In this document: in pieces, positions 36,826 to 49,672 of the stretch
Layout of the letters: each line of letters begins with the position of its first letter
How positions within the stretch are numbered: position 1 is the stretch's first letter
Assembly (NCBI GenBank): GCA_003693705.1
Contig: RBZT01000492.1
Span: forward strand, 1 to 50,779
Direction: 5' to 3'
DNA length: 50,779 bases
Source of the DNA: Polymyxa betae A26-41
Taxonomy: Eukaryota > Protista > Endomyxa: Phytomyxea
Translations under genes and position numbers: made by a program
The notes under the pieces: generated by a model
The model's input: only the letters and a program-made list of their open reading frames with translations
What the model was told of the DNA's origin: nothing
Database searches by the model: none

Positions 36826-38382
36826 ATGAGGGTGGCGATTGCCCATCCTGATCTTGGAATCGGCGGCGCCGAGCGTCTGATCGTTGATGCTGCAGTCGGA
36901 CTTGTCGAACGCGGGCATCAAATCACTTTGTATACATCGCACCACGACCCGCAACATGCCTTTCCTGAAACCGTTCGCGGTTCGTTCCCTGTCATAGTTT
37001 ATGGTGATTTTTTACCCACCCATATTTTTGGGAGATTTAAGATTGTCTGTGCGACATTGAGGGCTTTATATCTTGCATTCCGAGTGCTGTTATCGTCCCC
37101 GCATCCGGATATAATCCTGTTTGACCAGGTCTGAAATGAGACACCCAAAATAACTCGACCTGATTGCTTTTTACAGATCTCAGCATATGCATGCATTTTC
37201 AAATTAATGGGTGTCCCCCTCGTGTTTTATTGCCACTTTCCTGACCAGCTTCTATCTCAGCGATCTTCGTTTCTGAAGAAGATATATCGCCTGCCATTTG
37301 ATATTTTAGAACAGGTCACAATGGTTTTATCCAGCAAGAGTTCTGTTAATCTTCTGAAAGGCAACAACGTCAATGGCCGATTGTATTTTAGTCAATTCAA
37401 AATTTACTCGTGCTGTGTTTGCGTCAACGTTTAACTGGATACGAACCGTTCCTGAGATCTTATATCCCAGCATAAACCTGCAGAAATATGATGCTGCGTT
37501 TGATCGCGGTCAATCATCAGATCTTCCACCAGAGTAAAATTTGTCTCTATCAAGCTTATCCGGCTCTGAACTGTTTGTTTAAGGTCTTTCGACTCTTCAG
37601 CAGATATTGTCTTCCTTTCTATTAATCGGTTCGAGCGTAAAAAATGTGTGGAACTAGCAATTCATGCTTTCTGCTTATTGGCATCTGAGAAAACTGATGT
37701 CAGTTCCAAACTGGTCATTGCAGGAGGATACGATCCCAGAGTACGCGAAAATGTCGAGTATGAGCTGGAGCTCAAAGAACTAGCTCTCTTGAATGGTCTA
37801 ACGAGATCGAACTTTCCTGATATGTCTGGCCAAGTTGTTTTCCTTCGATCATTTACCGAGCAGCAACGCTCGTACCTTTTGCGCCGATGTGTTGCAGTTA
37901 TATACACTCCTCAGAATGAACACTTTGGGATTGTTCCTGTGGAAGCTATGTATGCTGGCCGACCAGTGATCGCTGTGAATTCCGGAGGGCCACTGGAATC
38001 GATTATCGATGGGAAAACAGGTTCGTTATCCTATCAAGAATTTCAAGTGCTGCTCAGCCTGAATAGGGTTTCTGTGTGATCCACAACCTGATGTCTTCGC
38101 TCAGCGCATGAAAGAGATTTTGTTGAATGCTAGGTAGGATCATGGTTTAGATTGCCACGTTTTGACGCTGTTTTCAGGAATGTAAAACAGATGGGAGAAT
38201 TGGGACGTCAACATGTGATATCGAGATTTTCCTTCGATTCGTTCTCTGAGCGCTTGTCCTGCATTCTGAACACAACCAAGTTAGCTTATCACCCGAAATC
38301 TGCATCCCTCTGGCTGCATTGTCTCATTGTCATTGTATTGATTTCAAGTGTCGTACTATACACATTTGTCAAAGGTTTATAG
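36826..38382 (+). CDS. ALG2: Alpha-1,3/1,6-mannosyltransferase ALG2, multi-exon
   Basis: HPDLGIGGAERLIVDAA, FYCHFPDQLL, FLSINRFERKK, AGGYDPRVRENVEY and YTPQNEHFGIVPVEAM, with a C-terminal TM. Confidence 0.97.
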
Positions 38383-38756
38383 ACCTGATTGCTGGAACTC
38401 TTTCGAATGTGATTTTTCTTCAACGAGCGATAATGTGATAACGAGCACAGTCCCGGATGATATCTCATCATGATTGCACAATGTTTGCTCCCCACCTTAG
38501 CAACAGTATGAAATAATGACAATGTAAGTTGGAAATTATTCATTGATAAGCTTCTTGTTAAATTAGTGCTCGAGCTCGTTCTTTTACGCTTTGATACAAA
38601 CAATAAACCCATCCCATCTTTCATTTTTACAGAGTACCTAGAGGGATAATATGGCGTTGACTAGAAAGCCTGCCAATCTTGTCTGTGTTGTACTGGTATG
38701 CAGATATTTTGCAAACCAAAAGCAGTCAAAAAACGGCACGCGTCGTTCTCACAACC

Positions 38757-40310
38757 ATGTTAGATGCCGTTACGAAGCGGTTACAGCGAGAGCTGCAAAG
38801 GGTTTCCCGAAAGCGGCAAGATGTAGTTCTGGCTACAGAACAGCTGAAGGACTCCAACAGGCTGTTGAGCTCTCACCTTGAATTTTTTGCAGAAGCACTG
38901 CAGAAGAAAATGCAGTTAAAGGCGAAATTCGTGGAAGCAGTGAGAGCAAAGGCTGCCCAGCAGGCAGAAGAAGATCAAAAATTGCAATTGGAACTTGAGG
39001 GTGAGGGTTCCGTCCGTCATAAAAACGTTCTAATCGATATTACAGCTCTGTTTAAGGAAAGAGATACACTTCTCCATAATCTGAAGATCATGCGAAAGCA
39101 AAAAGCTGAACAAAGGAAAAATTTAAATCTGTACGCTGAGTATTCGGCTTGACAAATGCAGTCAGCTTATAAACAGTCTGCAGCGAAGTGTTGGATCGCG
39201 TCCAGAAAGCAACGAAAGTATCATCCGAAATCAAACAAAAGACCAACGAGATGCAGGCAGAAATCTCGTATGTAAAAGAGGTAAATCCAATATTGACCTA
39301 AGCAATACGTAAAAACCTTTCTAGATCGAGAAGAAGCAGGCTCATGATGAGAAGAAGCTGAAAAAGCGTCTGAATGAGGAGAATCTGTATAAAATGAAAG
39401 TAGAACTTGCCGACATTCAGAGCAAAATACGGAATCTCGACCACGAACATCGCATCCTGCAAAAGGAGATCTTAGGGAACCATGTCAAAGTTGCCGATTT
39501 GGAGGCACAGAACAGAGATAAACGGGTAATTCTCGTTAAGAATGGCATTGAAATACCACTCGCCCCAAATTGATGACCATTTTACATCTAAAACCATAAA
39601 TAAAGACGTTTAAAAATGGTTTAGGATATTTGAGAAGCAAAATTAACAAGATCTTTCAACAGTTCCTGTAAATGCTTTTCTGGCAAACCGAGGTATTTGT
39701 TTTTCCCAACCATGGAATTTTTGCTCACTTTCGCTTTTAGCCAGAATAACTGTCTACAGTAGTCTCAATACTCAAAGTGGACCACTCAGTGCAGTTTCGC
39801 TGGTCCTTATTCATCGTAGATGAACTTCAAATATTCATTTATCCGATTTGGTGATAACAAATTGCAGCAATGGGAGGAACAGAAGGCGAACGGCAATACA
39901 CGGGCATCAAAGGACCAGAGAAGGAGATCTGGATGGCAGGAAGCGCTGATGTTGATACGAAGGGAGGCGAGCAACAACCTGGCGAACAAAGAGGGCAAGT
40001 GTTGTCGCGAAATGTTATTGAAGAAGCAAGAAAAGATGTTGAGGCTAACAAAGAATTAAGCCCTTTAGAGGCGACTTCTAAAATCACAAAAGGTATGATG
40101 CCTGTCGAAGCTGATACACATCATGGCCGGCCTCGTCAACCCGATCAAACATATTCAGGGCAGTACTTCCAGGTTTGCCAATGTCTTAACGAACGAGATG
40201 CGAATGAATCATTTTTAACAGGGGCGAGCCAATCAGAATATCAGCCAAGGCAGACCTGAAGAATGGCATGCAGCGCAGGAAGGGCATTACAACCCGAAGA
40301 CGAAAGTAGC
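38757..40310 (+). CDS. Uncharacterised coiled-coil protein with a low-complexity C-terminus, multi-exon
   Basis: Heptad-rich exons (MLDAVTKRLQRELQRV..; IEKKQAHDEKKLKKRLNEE..) linked by GT-AG introns. Both ends and the later exons are uncertain. Confidence 0.55.
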
Positions 40311-40639
40311 ACCACGTAAATAAATAATTTGAAATGCTGAGACTAATCATGCAACACTCGTTAAAAGTTATATATATTCTAGTGGGTAGAATTTTAGGCA
40401 CATAAATACATACAGTAATGACTAATGAGTAAGCGCTCTCTATAAAAGTTAAGAAGGTACCGGTACGAGGGCAGAGTCAAAAACAAAAAATAAAATTTAC
40501 TGAACAGGCAAAACAGACCGCGGAACTTTTCGCCCTACGACTACAGTACATGTAACAGAAGCCTCCAAATGCGATCATTTTGACATTGAACCTCTGACTG
40601 CATCAAAACCGTCATTCGCTTTCAAAATTGGCAGGCCCA

Positions 40640-42662
40640 ATGGCGACGCCAGTCATGGTGTCATCCGAAAAGGTTATGTCAGCTGTGAATTCGGCTGACG
40701 TCTTGATACCAGCTGCAGATACATCTGCAAATCTGGTTGATGGCCTTAATCTGTATCCTACCGATACTCGTGAACCTATTGACCACCTACTATTGGAATC
40801 AATTGTTAAGGAACTTAATTTTTCTCCATTCCGAGCCATCTCTTGGCATGAGGTCGCTTCTGCTATAAGTATGCTTGCTGGGGTTCCTGTGGATACATGG
40901 TCTGTTAAGGCTAGATTTAATGAAGTAAGTTGCATATTCATCGTGTTTTGAATGTTGACTAATTTTAACTCAGCTAAATTTACTGCATTGTATGATTCGA
41001 ACTTTATGCCAGTCAAACGAGTTTCAATGGGATTCATCGAAATGTGAAATACAAGCAAGTGATCTTATGTGGCAGGAGATTATTAGTGTAAGCTCACCAG
41101 ACCTTTATTTTTTCTCGCTAAGTCGTCCCAGAGGCGGCCATCGTTTGCTGTAATTCGAGGACTGCACTTTCCGATGTTTGAGGGTCTCAGCACAATTGAC
41201 AGAATTCGAGAATCTGAGCCACTTCGCTCGTCCGTACGGCTTGGCGCTTCAGAAGAGATTGGATTACGACAGAAACGGATGTCCTGCTCTTCACGTTCTA
41301 ACAAGCCTCGACCTAACAAGTCTGTGGAAGAGGGGAAGTATACTTCCATTACGAGCAGCTCTCCGAAATCCTGTAAAGACGAAAAGGGTGCACAGAAGAA
41401 AAAAACGAAACGAGGCCGCCCAAGGAGCAGCGATATCCAGGTTAAAAAGGAAGATGTGGTATGGCGTCTGTTTCTGTAAGTTTCTGGCAAGTTATCATGT
41501 CTCTTTAGTGTGTGAGCTGGACGCCTGACAATGACCGGCTCTTGATCGAGCAGGCGGTATTACAGTTTCAAACCGGTGATTGGTCAAGCGCCTGGAAAGC
41601 AGTCGTGGAGGACTGGAATGGTTCATTCAGAATTCGAGGAAAACCAGAGGTTTTGTACGAAAGATATCACACAGTGAGTTTGACTTTTTCGAAATCTTTT
41701 ATCATTATCTCATAGACCTGCAGCTGTGTAATGCTTATCGTGTGATCTTACAACTGGAGAAAGTTCCAGGGCTTAGGTGGGATCCGAATTCATGTACGCT
41801 TTCCTGCTCGACACAAGCTGATTTTGGCATCATAACTAATGAATTTTCATTGCAAAATAAGCTATCGGATGCATTGGAATGGATACTTCAGGAGTTAAAT
41901 CGAAATTCGAGTTTCGTGTTTCCACTCTTCTATGAAATTCAAAATCTGAACAACCTAATATCACGTTCTAGTCGGAAGTATGCTTTTTTTCGTGAAACTT
42001 TGCCAAACAAAAGCTAACCATTAACAGAAGGCGGCAGTCTCTGGACGATTGCAAAGATTCCAAGTTCCGAAGGCTGTCTTCTGATGTAGATGTTAAAGGC
42101 AGTCGGGATTCCTGGACAGCGGCGAGCGAAGTTTATTTTGCTGAAGAACTATGTAAATACCGAAACAAAGACTCGGAAGATCATGCATCGATAAAATGGC
42201 TGAACTTAATTGAACAGCTTTCTAATAAGTTTCGGATTTCATTTTCTGAGACATTTCTACGACAAAAGTTTGCTTTCGTATGTGCGTCCCCATGATTACC
42301 TGTTGGTTCAGAATAAAATTGTATTTAGTTGCATAGGAAGTACAGGCAATGGAGGAAGATTATTAGGTTTAAGGAGGTCACTTGGGATCCTGAAGAATGC
42401 AGAATTATAGCCCCAGGTCATTTTTGGGAGAAACTGAGGCAAGATAAGGTAAGGAGCTGGCATCTGTCGATGCTTTTACTGATTTCCTCTTTAGTCACAT
42501 TTCAAGCTTTATTGTCTATTTCGCTATTTTAAGTTTCCTTCGGCACGATATTTGGACCGCTTTTTGTCGTCATCTACTGGCGAATCCGACGCTGAGACAC
42601 TATCTGTACAAAATCGTCGACTTCTCCATTTTTTCGCAACTGATAGGCTTGCTTCTAGATAA
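40640..42662 (+). CDS. Protein with three Myb/SANT-like (Myb_DNA-bind_3-type) domains and an AT-hook
   Basis: Three units ending EFQWDSSKCEIQASDLMW, GLRWDPNSCTLSCS and EVTWDPEECRIIAPGHFW. Units 2 and 3 open with SWT (SWTPDNDRLLIE, SWTAASEVYFAE). KRGRPR AT-hook between units 1 and 2. Confidence 0.72.
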
Positions 42663-43203
42663 GTAACTTACAAGAAAGCAGTTCAAATCAAACTTGAAAG
42701 ATGCTAATCGTTTTATCAAATCATATCTTTTTACTGTATAATTGTTCTGTCCAATGTTCATTTACTCAGGTTAATCCACATAAAAACATAGAAATTCATC
42801 CTCACTGTAATCTCTCAAATGTGTCGTACCTATTATTACAGTACAGAGAATCCTTCCTCAGGATTCAGTGACTGCAGTGTAAACTTCCTAATCAGGCCTT
42901 CTATGTTGCGTTGTCAACCTCAAGAAATGCAGTCTGAGCAAAGCAACGGGTTTCGCTGAAACCAGAGTTGTCATTCACCTTACGGTTGTCAGTTGTATCG
43001 CCTTTTTGGAGTGTTCTGAATGGTGCCTTTTTTCAGGACTCGCAATTGTAATTACTGATTACTCATAAGCATCGCAAGAAATAGATGTCTATTGCGATCA
43101 AATAGGCAAGTGTGGACCTTGACTAAAGATCGCCGACTGTACATGCAATTCCTGTAAACCGGTATCATGATCTTATCCGCTTCATGTCATAGATTATATA
43201 GAG

Positions 43204-43636
43204 ATGGCGACGATTTCAAAGACTTCGCGGGAGGAAATGTTTCCCCAAGAATGGCTTCCTGAGTTGCTAAAATCGATGGAGAAACCCCTTGTAGCAGTAC
43301 GATTTTGAACTTTCACAAGCGCCAATAATTTAAAAGCTATTTTAGTCGAAAGATATGCCAGAAGAATTAGCGACCGAAGCAATGGATATAATCGTCTCTG
43401 CTCTCGACAAGAATCCAGGCAGTTACGATGTCAGTTTGATTCTCGAATCAATTTCCTTACTGACACAGTTTCAGGTCGCTTGCAAACAGATCAAGGAATT
43501 AATGGACAAGAAGTTCGGCGCCGCATGGCACGCCGTTATTGGGGAGGGCTTTGGGTTTGATATTACTCATCAACGTGGTCATATGCTCTATATCTATTAT
43601 ATGGGGACGCGAGCCGTTCTTCTGTTCAAGTGCTAA
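43204..43636 (+). CDS. DNAL4: Dynein light chain LC8 family, axonemal DNAL4-like, 3 exons
   Basis: DMPEELATEAMDIIVSALDK..|VACKQIKELMDKKFGAAWHAVIGEGFGFDITHQ..LYIYYMGTRAVLLFKC*. Confidence 0.88.
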
Positions 43637-43848
43637 TACAGTTTAATTGCATGAGCGCAAATCGTGGCTATGATGACTGAAGGATGTTTTTTTGGCATTT
43701 CTTGTCATTTGTTTGACGTTGGAAATTTGAATTTTGTATGCTGCTGAATTGCTGATGATTCTTTCCTTTGAGCTTTCCGCAATTTCGCATAAAATCTGCG
43801 CGGGTGACCTGACAATCTGGTGTTTGATTTGTTGATTTTCTGCAAGCA

Positions 43849-44976
43849 ATGGATTCGGATTCGGTTAATGAAGATATCGATGTAGATGCTGGAAACTCGC
43901 GATCATATCCATGCAATTACCCCAATTGCAATATGGTTTTTCGCACATCATCTAAGATGTCACGCCATTATCGCACGCATGATGACGAGCGCCCGTAAGA
44001 ACGAGAAATCATGTAGAATCGAGGCATTAATTTTGGATTAGATTCCAATGCTCATACGCCTCCTGCGGCAAGACATACACTCGAGCCGAACATCTTCGTC
44101 GCCACGAGCTTGTTCATACTGGTGTTCGACCTTATCAATGTAGTCAATGTCCTCAAGCGTTTCGTTCATCGCATCATCTAAAGCGTCACATTCGAACACA
44201 CGACGACGCGCTCCCATTTACATGCGAGAACTGCAGCTCCAGTTTCGCTAAAGCATACCAATTACGCGAACACATGTTTCAGCATACAAATGTGAAGGGG
44301 TTCGCTTGTGAAACTTGCGAGGAACAATTCGTTTTGAGATCAGATCTATCCAAGCATGTAAAGCGGGAGCATAGAGAAAAGAAGCTGTATAAATGCCAGC
44401 TTTGTGATGACGTCACATTTAATAAGATGAGCGACAAAGCTCGTCATATGTCAGAAGCCCACGTATGCGGTTTTAATTTTGATTTTTGTTTTACATACAC
44501 CAGTTTCAATCGTATTCTATCAATTTCCACCGTCTTATGGATTAACAGGCGAATCGCTTCGTTTGCTCCGTTTGCCAAAAACGATTCGCATCAAATGCAC
44601 GCTTAAATTGGCATCGAAGAACGCACGACCCATCAAGCCGCGTTTCATGTCCACAATGCCTGAAGACATATAGCACACAAGTATGCCAACGCTTTGGTTG
44701 CTCAATGATTTGTAAACTCATTTCTAGGCGAATTTGCAAACTCATATTCGCGCTGTGCATGAAAAGATCAAAGCATTCGTCTGTGACGTCGAAACTTGCA
44801 GGCGAGCATTTGCTTTGAAAAAAGGTTTACAAAGGCACACTGTTAAAATTCATCTGGACCCTAAGCCTAAAGTCAAACGACAAAAGCAAACGTTTAAAAC
44901 TGTGCTTTGTGGTCAAGATGTTGCAAGCGATGACGATTTGTCGATTCAAAGCAGCGATACTAGGAATCGAGAATAG
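43849..44976 (+). CDS. GTF3A: Nine-C2H2-finger protein, TFIIIA-like, 4 exons
   Basis: Nine fingers counted after splicing (YPCNYPNC, FQCSYASC, YQCSQC, FTCENC, FACETC, YKCQLC, FVCSVC, VSCPQC, FVCDVETC). NLQTHIRAVHE and the basic tail match TFIIIA architecture. Confidence 0.65.
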
Positions 44977-45261
44977 ATATTGTCAACGCAAGAGATGAGT
45001 TATAAAACTGCATCAGCTGTCTGCCTATTAAGTAGTGACGGTAGCAAGCAGATATCGCAATCGTTCGAGAAGGTTCGTGAGCCGCTACCGCTGGGCACCT
45101 TCGATACGATGCCAATCATATTCAAAGAGCTCTGCATGAGATGTTGAAACGAGCAGCGACATAGACAAGTGGTCTGGAATTGTGAAACACCAGTTGAAGA
45201 TTGTGGGGGACACCGTTGTAGATTGTGGGGTCGACTTATTGTGGGGGGACGACGTGCTGTT

Positions 45262-46859
45262 ATGTTACATACGACTGGGGCGAACGGAGCCCCAGCTGGA
45301 GCCAAGTCATGCGTGATTGAAGGAGTCCCATTACTCTGCCGCCCTCAACGTCGCCATTCCGATTTCCCATCGCTCGATCTGGCCCGAGCGTCGAGGATGA
45401 CTGCGCCGCAGACCAATTATATGGTGACGGCTGCTGATCCGTCATCTTGGATGACGATCAAATCAGGGCTGGTCTTGGCTAACGAATCGAAGTCGCAGTT
45501 GACCATCAAATTTTCGCAGCCGTATGAGGCTTTCAATTCCAATTTTGGCTTCTCTGCGAAAGGAAAACTGAATGCTTTTGTTAGACCTCGAACAATGTTT
45601 CTTGTTCGGAAAATTTCGAGCGATGAGGCGCGGAATGCTTTAATCGAATTGGCTGAATGGCTAATGAAAGAGCATGGAGTTGCGATCGTTGTAGAGGAGG
45701 CAGACGCCGATGATATGTTTATGCGATTTGACAGGTTCAATGGCCATATTGACTGTATGTATTTTGATAATTATCTCCTTTACTCGCAGTGATACATTGT
45801 TGCTTTCAGTATGCGTATGCCTTGGCGGTGATGGGACCTTACTGCATCTCAGTTCCTTATTCCAGGAGCAGCATTGCCCTCCAGTTATTGCTTTCGCCAT
45901 GGGAACGCTTGGTGTGTTTTCTTTGAATATACTGTTCAACTTTTTCGAATTATACTGTTGTCAAAATATCGATTATCGACGACTTCCGTTCAAGTTTATT
46001 GACTAAAATGTAGGTTTTTTGACTCCATTAAATCTCAGCGACGTTCGTCTTCATCTGAGTCGAATATTGCAGCCATCTCCAGAATCGCTTTATATCACAT
46101 TGCGAATGAGGCACGTCTTTGTTTTCAATTGTTCTTCCCAGTATTCATACTCTTTCGTCTAGGTTGCTCTGCGAGATCTATCGGCATGGATCGAATATAC
46201 CTGAAGCAAGGCATTTGGTGCTGAACGAGTGCCTCATTGATCGTGGAGCGAACTCCTGCCTTTCAGTTCTCGAGCTCATCATAGATGATGTCCTTGTCAC
46301 AGTTGTGCAAGCCGACGGCCTCATCGTGTATGTGATTACAAATCAAAACGTTGCTCAGAATTTGCATTCTGTCTGACGCTATTTTTTTCTTTTGTGCATT
46401 AATATTCTACTTACGTGACGTTTACAGGGCGACGCCAACAGGAAGCACCGCATACTCATTGTCTGCAGGAGGATGCATGGTGGCGCCAAGCGTGCCTGCT
46501 ATTTTAATAACACCTGTCTGTCCGCATACCCTCTCGTTTCGACCAGCTGTGATTTCTGATTCAAGTCAAGTTCGGATTCGAGTTCCTGTAGGCCGTTGCC
46601 CGGGTGCTGCTGCTTCTTTTGATGGTACGCCCAACAAACTGATTTTTTTCTTGCCGGCTTGGTTCTGTAAACAAGTCTGAGCAATTCTGTAGGTTCACAT
46701 TGTACACATTTGAATCACGGCGACGAAGTTCGGCTGTTAATGAGCCCAATGGCGATTCCAACGATAAACGAGCACGCCTTTAGCACGGATTGGTTCCATA
46801 GCATCGTTCAGAAACTGCACTGGAATGTCAGATCGCCAACGCCAACTTGCTCATTGTAG
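45262..46859 (+). CDS. NADK: NAD kinase, multi-exon
   Basis: [16 protein letters not shown]|[16 protein letters not shown]|[15 protein letters not shown] and [12 protein letters not shown], ending KLHWNVR. The start codon is uncertain. Confidence 0.93.
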
Positions 46860-47089
46860 AAAGAAATATTTTGTCTGCTGTGCCTATGCCTTCTTCATAG
46901 TGTATTCATTGTCCCCCATTCTGGTATAGGTCTAAGATGGAAGGAAACCTTTTCAGATCTGGACTCCGGAAATTGTATTTGCTCAGTAAAGTATATTTGT
47001 TTAGATCAATATAGAAACCTGCTCCTTAAGGGTCGCTTTCTAAAGAAAGCTCTCAGAGCATTGATTATGACCCCAGCTTAGTTGGCAGT

Positions 47090-47308
47090 TTATAAATCCT
47101 CCCTCTTTCCTTGTTGTGGATTTAGTCGCCCTTGTGGGCCGCTAGCGGCTTCGATGTGTTCGCCAACGAAACGAGCTTCGTTGTCAGCCGCCCTCATATC
47201 CGAATAGCTTTCGATATTATCCTTTGAAGACTTGGGAATGGGATTTTCTTTGACCTTTTCCTTGTTATGCTCAATGGCTTGCTGTATCTTGGATGAAATC
47301 TTCTCCAT
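47090..47308 (-). CDS. Small hydrophilic hypothetical protein
   Basis: 72-aa ATG ORF MEKISSKIQQAIEHNKEKVKENP.. with protein-like composition; no recognised domain. Confidence 0.45.
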   Translation of the reverse strand: MEKISSKIQQAIEHNKEKVKENPIPKSSKDNIESYSDMRAADNEARFVGEHIEAASGPQGRLNPQQGKREDL

Positions 47309-48111
47309 AGGTAACAACCCAAATGCTTAGAACGCTTCGACCGAATTAAGTATGTAAAGTCAAACGGTTGAATTTTCCGCCGATAAGGTCCGTTGGCGTG
47401 GGCGAATGTGTGATGTGTCACCAACCTGCGACTTCATAGAACATTCTTGGTGCGTATCTAAAAGATGAATTTCGCTTGATCCACAGATGTAGTGAGTGTC
47501 TACTGGAAGCTACGGTACAGTAAGAATCTGCCGTACATGCTCTACCATCGCGCCTCAGATATCCGGAATTCCGATACTTGTTATCACTCCGATATCTGAC
47601 ATTTTGTCTTGGACCAAGTCCGTTTTATGGCCGATAACAGATATTACCAATATATAATTATGGAATACCGATATTCAAAGACTTGAAATATTATATTGGA
47701 TTTGTTATGGGATTGTTATGGAATTTTGTAAAGTCACGTCTCACCATTTAGCACTGTCAATTTCTTTCAAAACCTTCCGATGGCGGTATGTTTAGTTAAA
47801 AAGAAACAGTCACGCTTGAAACCAGATGAGAGCAATTAATTGCGGAATGGCTGCAGTAGTTGAACCTGGGATGTGTTTTGCGTTCTTTTTCAAAACATTC
47901 CTCAAAACGCTTGGATTCGGTTACAATGTCCCATAAACCAAAAGGAAAGCGCCTTAATGAGTCTTAGCGCTGTGAGATAATCTCTTAAGCTAACCAAAAC
48001 GAATGCTCCCAGTAAAAGGACTCTACAGTAGCTCGCGAATAAAATGGAATCGAAGGAGCCATCAGAAAAAGTGCGTGACAATCGGGAGCAGCTTCTGGAG
48101 CGTTCTTCCAT

Positions 48112-48878
48112 GAGATCTCCAATGCGCAGCCAAAGCCAAAGCCAAGGTTTTGGCTCAACATTCCTCACCAATGGAGAGCCAAATCCAACGGCGCACTTGT
48201 TTTTGGATTCCTGAAGCCAAAATCCTCAGTTTGGCTTTATAGCCAAACTTCGAGCCACGGAGTTTCGACGCAGTTTCTGCGACAGGAACGGGCTGCGCGA
48301 CGAGAACAGCTCTCTCTTATCTTACATTGACTACTGCAGGCGATTCACCAAATTTGAACAGCATCGAACGGGCAGCCATAAGCAAGCACCATGAAGGCAT
48401 CAACGACTTTCTGCATGCTAGATAATCCTGGATTACCAAGCGCATCTTTTAAATATTTTCAGAAACAATAAACGGCTCCCACGGAACTGTCGTCGAAAAA
48501 CTTTAGGCAGATAGAAAAGCATTTGGTGCAATGTACTGTTTATATATCTATTCGTGTCCCGCCTCATGGTTTCGACCAAGCTATTCACGAGTGGATCCGA
48601 TTCTCGCAAATTCATCATCGATCCGCTGTCAATATCGCTCAGTGTAGCCAGTTTTTCCTCAAAGTCAATGTCCTGCGTGCTGGCAGACAAACCTGAAGAA
48701 ACCAGTTGCTGAAAGCTGACATAATTATGGATATACTCGCTCGATAACGCTATGAATGATAGCCACCCTTTGGCTCTCTGATTTTGGCTCGCACTACGGT
48801 GTAGCGATGGGGAACCCCGTTGATAGTTGCAGCAAAAAAACTGCGCAAACGCACTTTTAGCTTGGCTCCCAGATGCTC
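48112..48878 (-). mobile_element. Decayed, internally deleted PIF/Harbinger element with transposase remnants
   Basis: Left end GAGATCTCCAATG followed by AGCCAAA repeats. Right end TTGGCT repeats and AGATGCTC (reverse complement GAGCATCT). The minus strand carries the frameshifted YLPKVFRRQFRGSRLLFLKIF and KDALGNPGLSSMQKVVDAFMVLAYGCPFDAV, matching the PIF/Pong transposase N-terminal motifs. Confidence 0.75.
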
Positions 48879-49672
48879 TGATGTCTAAAGAAGCTAAGGA
48901 TATAAGACATCTCGAACCTCTGTTAGTCGATTTACAGAGCTTGAAGACATGCTTCACGTCTGGATTTACAGCATGCGGCGTGCCAGACTTCCTGTGCCGC
49001 CATCTCTGGCCATTGCCAAAGCGAGAATATTTGCCTCTAGTTTGTCAATTCCGGAAACTGATTTCAAGGCATCTTGGCAAAGGTTTGAAGCTGTGCTTGG
49101 TCTACGCGGATTGCTTACCTCAGAACAAGCTTCCCTATTACGTATACTGTATACATGAATCTCTTCGACACGATGCTGATTACACAACAACGAAACTGCA
49201 TCAGGGTCGCAATAGATTTTTACAGTTTCTTGTTCTCTAATGGCTGATAGGCAGCACTCTGTTCCAGTACAAGACCCTATCAGGTTTGACTGCAGAAATC
49301 GTCGCCCCAATCCATAATTATGCCAGCAATTTTTATTGCCTATCGCATGTTCAGTTTTCCCAGTCTCGAATTCGATTCAGAAAGCGTCGAAATTTGCAAA
49401 AAAAGCTGCTACACAAAGAAGGAGCAGAAGTCGACAAAAACGATCCGGAACTGCTTGCAGATTGAGACGGCTTGTATGCGGGCACCATAACGTCATGACT
49501 GAACCAGCACAATCCAAGACAATACCAAAAGAGGGAAACGGAACAAACAGCAGAGAAAATGGTATGCGTAACTGGAGAACCAGGAAAAAATAAATAAAGT
49601 GATGAAAAGAGACGAAAAACTGAGAGAGAAGAGCAAGATAATTTACGCACGGAAAACCACACTTAAGGCTAA

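Noticed and set aside
48880-49660. Several overlapping ORFs between the two Harbinger elements
   Set aside because: They have no recognisable motifs or consistent splice structure and are probably decayed repeat or intergenic DNA.
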